DNA from: Longimicrobiales bacterium
GTDB taxonomy: Bacteria; Gemmatimonadota; Gemmatimonadetes; Longimicrobiales; Gaopeijiaceae
Direction: 5' to 3'
Length of the DNA: 64,000 bases
NCBI GenBank assembly: GCA_963664435.2
Contig: CAXXKM010000003.1
Location: forward strand, 1,120,001-1,184,000
The first letter of the stretch is position 1. The number at the start of each line of letters is the position of its first letter. Positions 57,369 through 64,000 of this stretch are shown in pieces. Below the pieces are notes generated by a model. That model was given only the letters and a program-made list of their open reading frames with translations. It was not told the DNA's origin and ran no database searches. The translations under genes were made by a program, and so were the position numbers.

Positions 57369-58018
57369 TGAAAATCCGAACCGCTGAACAGCTTCAAGAG
57401 GTCCTAGATGCCGATTTTAGTTGGCGCCTGAAGGAGATTGCTGATATTCGGTCAGCGGCTGAGTCAGCGAGATTGGGATCGCAGAAAACGCTAATTCGGG
57501 CTGGCGTGGCGCTATTATATGCGCATTGGGAAGGGTTTGTCAAGCAGAGCACCACAACCTATATACGCTATGTGTCATGCCAACGTCTGCGACACTCGGA
57601 GCTGCGATCGTGCTTTGTGGCGCTTAGCTTAAAGGCAAGGCTTCATCAAATTGGTGAGTCCAATAAGGCCAACGTCAATGTCCAGGCGTTGGAGGCCATC
57701 CTGGACGGACAGCGCCAACGTGCAAGTTTCGCGTGGCGGGATCCGATTACGAAGACCGCCAACATGAAATCGACGGTGTTTGTTGAGATCGCGTGCTGGG
57801 TCGGTCTCAATGTGACACGGTACGAACCAAAGTGGCGTTTTATTGATGATCGGCTTGTGAAACGTCGGAACGCCATCGCCCACGGTGGCGGAGGCGATCT
57901 CGAGCTAGATGAGACGGGATTCAAGGAGCTAGCGGGGGGTGTGATTGAACTGTTGCGGTGGTTCAAGACGGATATCGAGAATGCAGTGTCCAACAGAGCT
58001 TTCCTAAGAGCGGGATGA
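57365..58018 (+). CDS. MAE_28990-like HEPN nuclease
   Basis: WRLKEI, LLYAHWEGFVK and RRNAIAHG (Rx4H); ATGA overlap with the DUF262 gene. Confidence 0.85.
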   Translation: MMKIRTAEQLQEVLDADFSWRLKEIADIRSAAESARLGSQKTLIRAGVALLYAHWEGFVKQSTTTYIRYVSCQRLRHSELRSCFVALSLKARLHQIGESNKANVNVQALEAILDGQRQRASFAWRDPITKTANMKSTVFVEIACWVGLNVTRYEPKWRFIDDRLVKRRNAIAHGGGGDLELDETGFKELAGGVIELLRWFKTDIENAVSNRAFLRAG

Positions 58019-58092
58019 AGAGACAGACCAGTATGGACCGGAGCGAGCGGACCAAACACGTCGCTTTAGCATCCCTGGAAGGGGATGCTGCC

Positions 58093-60120
58093 TCAAACAA
58101 GCGCTCGATTCACTCGATTGACCAGTTCGCCCCACGCGATACGTTCGTCGTCGGTGAGGTCTCCGGCACCGTGCTCGCGCGTCCACCGCAGGTAGGCCTT
58201 CGCAAGTCGGTACTTGGAGAAGTCGGCGACCTCGGCCGCGAGTATGTCAACGATCGGTCGTCGGGGCTGTTTTTCCGCGACTTTCGTGGCATCCCAGCCA
58301 AGCTGGGTTCGGGCTACGTCGAGGAGGGTGTGCCGAAGCAGATCTTCTATCTCGGGTCTGTTGATCTTGCCGGGGCAAACATCGCCGGTTCGGAGGATTT
58401 TCCTGTTCCCGAGAGTGTGGATCAGTGTCTCCTGCTTGGCGGCTTGATCCCCGGCGTTGTCGGAGTCCAGCAGGGCAGCGACCTTGAGATTGTTCGCATG
58501 AAGGATGGTGGCGAAGTAGACAACCTTGCCCGCACTGTTCGCAGGGAGCAGAGCAATCCTTGGATTGAGGTCGGCCAAGCCGGCATCCCGCAGCAGGTGA
58601 GCAGTGGCATCGAAGTACCAGAAGTCGGTGAGGCCTTCCAGAACTAGGTTTCGTTGCTGAACAAACAGACTCTGAGCGAGGTCGTACCCCAGGGCTTCCT
58701 GTAGTGGCAGAAGCGCGGCAGGGTCACTCGCCGTGACGCTCGTATGCACCTTAGTACCCTCGTCCCGGTCGTTCATCTCGACCACGACGACCAGATCCAG
58801 TTCCTCGGGCCCGACCAGAAACGGCGAGTGCGTCGTATAGATAGTCTGGTTGCCTTCGGCCAGCCGCGAGAGGGTCTGGCGGAAGTCACGCTGCTTGAGG
58901 CCATGGAGGCTCAGCCCCGGCTCGTCCAGCAGAAGGATGGCGTTGGAGTGAGCGTCATCGGCCTCGGCGAAGAAGACAACAAAGAACGACACAAGCCACT
59001 GGAATCCTGCGGAGCGCTGATCGATCTCGATCTCGACACCAAGTTCATCCTCGACCACCGCCTTGAGGTACTGACCGTCCGCTCGTATCCGCACGGTGTC
59101 CGCTTCAGGGCGAGTCCGATCAGGCTTCCAGATCGAGCGGATCTCGTCGGTGAGACGGACGCTGGCAGCGTTGAGCGTGAAACCGCGCTCGTCGAGCTGG
59201 CTACGGTAACGGTCGAACGCGTCTTGGTCGTCCCCCGGATCAGGAGCGTCGCCTAGGTTCGCAAGTACGCGGGGATTGAAGCCGAGGAGCTTAAGGAGGC
59301 AGAGGTTCCCGTAGTCATAGCGGTCATCGTCAAGGACGCCGTGTTCGACACGGTCGGCGAAACGGCGCAGGTGGAGATTGGGGCGTACTCGGAAATAGTT
59401 GTCGAAGTAGACAATCCGTGGCAGCCGACTGCGGAGCTTCGCCAGGGCCAAGTCACGCTGCTCGGGTATGCGCGTGTACTCGAGGAGCCGAGTGTGGCGT
59501 TGATCCTGAGTAACATCGTTCTCGTCGAGGAACTCGAGTGCCGAGTCGAGCCAGCGCTGCAGCTCATGCGCGCGGTCATCGTCGATCTTGGTCGCCCCGA
59601 CCTGCCATCCGGCAGTGATATCGTCGAGACGCGCGCGGAGCCCCTGCTCGGGATTTGCTTCGGGTGCGCCGCCCCGCTTGTCGGCATGCGTAGCGAAACG
59701 TATCAGGTCCTTGCGCACCTCTTCGGTGAACACTGCGAACTCCAGAGTGCCTTTGAGCCACTGCGTCAGCCCGTTGTCGAGGTGTCGGGTGCAGCCGTAC
59801 TCCGCAGTAGCAGGAAACCCTTCGGGCAGTTCAGTGAGATCGTCCGGCTCCAACGCGAACCGAGCGGACGCGACGGGAATCTCACTGGGATTGCGCTTCT
59901 GCGACTGGATGTCGGCGTTGTAGAGTTTGCGGGGGTAGTCGCGCAGAGCATCGAACCCCTTTACGCCGTCAGGAGGATTGATCTGTCGAAGTGCTTCAAG
60001 GACCGCAGTCTTGCCGGCCTCGTTGGGTCCTATGAGAATCGTCTTGGCACATTCGACTCCGAACCACCCGGTGTCACGGACACAGCGATAGTTCCGCACG
60101 CGAACGTGAGTCAATCTCAT
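58093..60120 (-). CDS. OLD-family ABC ATPase/TOPRIM nuclease
   Basis: GPNEAGKT, RSAGFQW, LLLDEPGLSLH, TTHSPF, VLEGLTD and LLDSD motifs. Confidence 0.88.
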   Translation of the reverse strand: MRLTHVRVRNYRCVRDTGWFGVECAKTILIGPNEAGKTAVLEALRQINPPDGVKGFDALRDYPRKLYNADIQSQKRNPSEIPVASARFALEPDDLTELPEGFPATAEYGCTRHLDNGLTQWLKGTLEFAVFTEEVRKDLIRFATHADKRGGAPEANPEQGLRARLDDITAGWQVGATKIDDDRAHELQRWLDSALEFLDENDVTQDQRHTRLLEYTRIPEQRDLALAKLRSRLPRIVYFDNYFRVRPNLHLRRFADRVEHGVLDDDRYDYGNLCLLKLLGFNPRVLANLGDAPDPGDDQDAFDRYRSQLDERGFTLNAASVRLTDEIRSIWKPDRTRPEADTVRIRADGQYLKAVVEDELGVEIEIDQRSAGFQWLVSFFVVFFAEADDAHSNAILLLDEPGLSLHGLKQRDFRQTLSRLAEGNQTIYTTHSPFLVGPEELDLVVVVEMNDRDEGTKVHTSVTASDPAALLPLQEALGYDLAQSLFVQQRNLVLEGLTDFWYFDATAHLLRDAGLADLNPRIALLPANSAGKVVYFATILHANNLKVAALLDSDNAGDQAAKQETLIHTLGNRKILRTGDVCPGKINRPEIEDLLRHTLLDVARTQLGWDATKVAEKQPRRPIVDILAAEVADFSKYRLAKAYLRWTREHGAGDLTDDERIAWGELVNRVNRALV

Positions 60121-60437
60121 CGTCGTGGCTCCAAGGGTTGTAGCTCGCCTGCCCGGCACCATGTTGGAGGGCGGCGGCTTGGTGGGCAAGTGTCAGCGGT
60201 GTCCCGCTCGGCCTTCATCTTCGACAGTGATCCGGTCCGTGCATCCAAACTAGCCCCAGCCGCGCTTGAGCGCGCCTCGTCGGAGCCCACTCAAGCCTGC
60301 GAGCGAAGCGTGACGTTACGCCCGTCGCCCGGCGACCGAGGTGCCGCACCGACATCGTCGGGTCCCCAAGTGGCCGTGCTCCGTCAATCGGGGAAGACCA
60401 AGCCGTGTAACTCGTTTGAGTGTTTTCCGCAGCGCGG

Positions 60438-60860
60438 TCATGACTCGCCCTCTAAGGCTCGCTCGGCCACCTGACGACTCGCCGCCAAGAAGCGCTCATG
60501 AGACCACCGCCGCCAGTCGCGCAGCGACGCGAGTGTCACACCGGTGCGGGTTTTTCCGTGCCAGAAGACGGTGAGCTTGACGAGATCACCACGGTACGCC
60601 GCCTGTCGCACGGCCTCGATAGTGCTACCCGCCAGTATAGCCGCTAGCCCGTAGGGCACGACCTCTTCAGCGTTGCGAATCCCGCCGAAGATGACGTAGT
60701 GCCGGTAGGCGTGACGGATCACCGCCTCCGAGGGCGTAGCTTCCGGGAGGGGACGCCTCAGGCTTTCGATCAACTCCTCCCGCGTGACACTCTCATTCGG
60801 TCGCAGAGAGGCGATCGCTTGAGCTGCGTTCCAGAGCGCGCGCTTGGTTTGTTTGTCCAC
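60438..60860 (-). CDS. Hypothetical DNA-binding protein
   Basis: GGAGG RBS with GTG start; HTH-like LAAILAGSTIEAVRQAAYRGDL; upstream AACATAAC repeats. Confidence 0.55.
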   Translation of the reverse strand: MDKQTKRALWNAAQAIASLRPNESVTREELIESLRRPLPEATPSEAVIRHAYRHYVIFGGIRNAEEVVPYGLAAILAGSTIEAVRQAAYRGDLVKLTVFWHGKTRTGVTLASLRDWRRWSHERFLAASRQVAERALEGES

Positions 60861-60920
60861 CGTGCCTCCGTTGTGGTAACATAACATAACTTGACCGCAA
60901 CATAACACGCCGATGTGACG

Positions 60921-61660
60921 CTAGCAACTGATCGGCATTGGCCAAGGTAGGCCTGCCCCCAACTCCTCCATGGCCTCGCGCCGCTGTTCTAGATCCGTCC
61001 GCGCATAGGCCGCCACCGCCTGATTGAGTTCGACGTGCCCCAAGGCTCGCTCGGCCACCTCACGCGAATAGCCGTGCTCCGCCAGATAGGTTTGGAGCGA
61101 TGTGCGGAAGCCGTGCGGGACGGCGTCCACGCCCGCGTTTCTCATCGCCGAAGAAAGAGTCCTTTCCCGCACCGACCGCTCCGGGACGGTTCCCGGAAAG
61201 ATCAGCCCCCTACCGTTCGAGAGGACCGCGAGCTTCCTCCAAGACCGCCAACGCGGCGCTCGAAAGCGGGACACCGTGCTCCCGGCGGTTCTTTGTCCTC
61301 GCCTCACTGAGCGTCCATACGTCGCCCGTGATTTCGCTCCATCGCGCTTCCCGCGCCTTGCGGGATCGCGTGCCCGTGAGCACTTGCTCCAACGGATTGC
61401 GCGCTGATGCTTGGACGCGTTGCCCGTTGGCCGGGAGCGCGGCGCGGATCGCTCCACCGGAGTGTCGCTCCGGTGTCCCTCCGCCGTCGCGCGCTTGAAC
61501 ACCAACGAGAGCCATTGGAGCAGCCGCCGCGCTGAGGCAGGCCGCCGGTTCCAGAGATCGTCCGACGTGAGTAACCCGAGCACATCCGAACTGGTGACTT
61601 CCGAGACAAGGCTTGCGGCCGATCCGCGGAAGCACGTGGGCCTGGAAGGCGAGCAGCGGG
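60921..61660 (-). pseudogene. P4-like tyrosine integrase pseudogene
   Basis: Frameshifted HVLPRIG, LTGTRS..EARWSEI, TKNRREHGVPLS and PHGFRTS..ERALGH..AAYARTD. Confidence 0.85.
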
Positions 61661-61796
61661 TTCCTGCTCAGCCATCGCGCGCTGGAAACCCTTCCGGAGG
61701 CGAGGGCGGTGGGTCGAGGCAGAGGTTCCCACGTGTTCCCGGTGCGCGGAAACCTGCTCTCTGTTACCGGCCATCCATTGACACTCCAATACTGCA

Positions 61797-62238
61797 ATGT
61801 CCCGACTGCTCAAGAGCCTCGGGATCGGGGCCGCGCTGTACGGGTTCCGATCTTCGTTCCGGAACTGTGCGGAGGAGGAGCCTGACCACCCCCGCGAGAT
61901 GGCGGCGCCGGCACACTTGGTTCGCAACACCAAGTCGAGGCCGCCTGCCGGCGCGCGGACCGGTCGAGCGTCGGCGTCGGCTGGATGGACGGTTGGGCCA
62001 AGTGCATCGTCGGCGACGGAGGTCCGGGCGCTGGTGCGGTTCACCATCTGGGGTTGCCAGAAGGTGCTGGCCGCACGGGCCTGTTGCGGAGCACGATCTG
62101 TGTGCCGCTCGACCAGGACGCTTCCCCGGCCGGTCTCCCGAGGGCGGGCGCGCAGTCGGCTGGATCGAGTCGGAAGTGGACGAGTGGATCCGGGAGCGGA
62201 TCGACGAGAGCTGCGTCAGAGACCAGCGGCCAAGTTGA
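61797..62238 (+). pseudogene. Fragments of a second P4-like integrase C-terminus and an AlpA gene
   Basis: LLKSLGIGAALYGFRSSFRN..HPREMA..AH; GRAVGWIESEVDEWIRERI. Confidence 0.75.
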
Positions 62239-62313
62239 TCGTCGGCGCACCGCATCCTATCCTCTCCGTTCTCGAATCCTCTAGGCCGTTACCAACCCTA
62301 ATGGAGTCTACTA

Positions 62314-64000
62314 TTGGCCCGATTCAAGGACGCGGAAGTCATCCTGAGGGTCGCCGAACACTGGAAGATGCGATGCCTCTTGGACGGGGAATCGCTCTTC
62401 ACTCGGCGATCCCTCTGGACGCGCGAGAACTTCGAGGAACTCCGCCGATCGTATTTGGACCGTCCGGCCGTCGGTCCAGAGTCGTTGCCATGGAAGCTGG
62501 AGCAACCGTTAGGCCCAGGCTCAAAGGGGATCGCGTACCTTTGGGCGGAGATAGACTGGCTGTACAGGCTCATCGTGAGCCCGACCGCAGTAGGCCCCGA
62601 GAAAAAGCGCGAGAGCATTCGCCGCATCTGGCAGTGGTCGGGGGAGAATCTTCCAGAACGACACGACCTACTCAGCGATCGAGTGCTGGGGGGCGGAGTG
62701 CTACGGCCGGGCATGCCATTCCACAGTCTCGTCTGGATGGAGTATCGTTTCTTTGGGCTCGCCATGCATGATTGGTTCTTGCAGAATCTTGGCCGGAGTG
62801 GATTGGCGAACGAGCCTTGGAGGTTCGCGTCGTGGCTGGATGCGACAGAAGCGGCCGGCAACCGCGTATTCCGGCACGCGCTGCTCTTCTTGCTTTTCCC
62901 CAACGAGTTTGAACCGATCGTCTCAAGCAGCGCCAAGAGAAAGATCGTAACGAGACTCCCCCTCGGAGAACCCTTCGAGACTCGGACTTTGGCGGCCGTG
63001 GATCGAGCCCTGCTTCAGATCCGGCGACGCCTCGAAACCAAGTACCACGATGCTGTGTTCCCGAAGGAGGAGATCCACTTCTACAGGTCTCCAGTGATGG
63101 AGCTCTGGCAGGCCGCTCCAGAACCGCCGCCGCCTCCTGAGGAAAACGGGGATGACCCGAACGGGACATACGAAATCGCGGACGCGCACCAAGACCTCTT
63201 CATCCCCCTCGACCGCCTGAAGCGCCTCCTTGCTTCAATCAAGTTCCGCCAGAACCTCATCCTCCAAGGTCCCCCCGGAACTGGAAAGACCTTCATCGCC
63301 GACCGGATCGCGTGGTGCCTCGTCGGCCGTAAGGACGATGGTCCCATCGAGATGATCCAGTTCCACCAGTCCTACGCGTACGAGGATTTCGTTGAAGGCT
63401 TCAGGCCCAACAAAGAGGGGAGCTTCGATCTGAAGCCGGGCGTCTTCCAGCGGTTCTGCGAACGCGCGGGAGCCAACCAGGAAACCCCTCATGTCTTCAT
63501 CATCGACGAGATCAACCGCGGCAACCTATCCCGGATCTTCGGCGAACTGCTCATGCTGATCGAGCGCGACAAGCGGAGCGAGAAGTACGCCGTCGCCCTG
63601 ACCTATTCGGAGAAGCGGTTCTATGTGCCCCCAAACGTGTTCATCCTTGGGATGATGAACACCGCCGACCGGTCCCTGGCTCTGGTCGACTACGCGCTTC
63701 GCAGACGATTCGCGTTTGAGACGCTGGAACCGGCTTACCGGACCGACTACGGCAGGACGGCGTTCAAGAAGTATCTCGTCGAAGAACACGGCGCGGATCC
63801 CGAGCTAGTCGACCGCATCTCTGAGCAGATGGCCGAGCTTAACGAAACAATTCGTGACGACAACGAACTTGGCCCCAGCTTCGAGATCGGCCATAGCTAC
63901 TTCGTTCCGGACGAGGGTGCCGAGCCGTCGGAGGAATGGTACACGCACGTTGTTGAGTCCCAGATCGTTCCGCTTCTCCGCGAGTACTGGTTCGACGTGC
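62314..64000 (+). CDS. mcrB: McrB-family AAA+ GTPase (runs off window end)
   Basis: Manual translation from TTG at 62314 gives LQGPPGTGKT, QFHQSYAYEDFVEG, IIDEINRGN, MNTADRS, ALRRRF and IGHSYF. Confidence 0.92.
   Translation, partial: MARFKDAEVILRVAEHWKMRCLLDGESLFTRRSLWTRENFEELRRSYLDRPAVGPESLPWKLEQPLGPGSKGIAYLWAEIDWLYRLIVSPTAVGPEKKRESIRRIWQWSGENLPERHDLLSDRVLGGGVLRPGMPFHSLVWMEYRFFGLAMHDWFLQNLGRSGLANEPWRFASWLDATEAAGNRVFRHALLFLLFPNEFEPIVSSSAKRKIVTRLPLGEPFETRTLAAVDRALLQIRRRLETKYHDAVFPKEEIHFYRSPVMELWQAAPEPPPPPEENGDDPNGTYEIADAHQDLFIPLDRLKRLLASIKFRQNLILQGPPGTGKTFIADRIAWCLVGRKDDGPIEMIQFHQSYAYEDFVEGFRPNKEGSFDLKPGVFQRFCERAGANQETPHVFIIDEINRGNLSRIFGELLMLIERDKRSEKYAVALTYSEKRFYVPPNVFILGMMNTADRSLALVDYALRRRFAFETLEPAYRTDYGRTAFKKYLVEEHGADPELVDRISEQMAELNETIRDDNELGPSFEIGHSYFVPDEGAEPSEEWYTHVVESQIVPLLREYWFDV

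Overview
GC-rich bacterial chromosome segment. The gene style (Fn3/SwmB autotransporters, carboxypeptidase-regulatory-domain lipoproteins) suggests a Gemmatimonadota-like, possibly sponge-associated organism; this is an inference. Bases 1-11.9 kb are core genome: mraZ, a TPR protein, a thioesterase, a DUF4097 protein, SulP, TorD, a Mo-bisPGD oxidoreductase, an NrfC-NrfD fusion and HU. From 11934 onward the window is accessory DNA built around a tRNA-Val(TAC). Element A (~11.98-32.3 kb) is an integrative mobilizable element with a tyrosine integrase, a ColE1-type oriT/mob module, an extra infA, two very large surface proteins and a nuclease-dead TnpB. Element B (from 32.34 kb) is an ICE with a paralogous integrase in mirror orientation, a VirB/VirD4 T4SS and ArdC. 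It is followed by a surface-protein gene next to a Cre-like recombinase and by a defence cluster (DUF262+HEPN, OLD, McrB). Three observations stand out. (1) A TldR-like dead TnpB sits in an operon with the surface proteins. It has one in-gene omegaRNA scaffold and a separate tandem two-unit omegaRNA array 10 kb away, each unit followed by a different ~16-nt putative guide. (2) The Cre-like recombinase lies between two inverted lox-like sites directly upstream of a promoterless surface-protein gene, a candidate phase-variation switch. (3) The tRNA-Val appears to be a mosaic shared by two convergent integrative elements.
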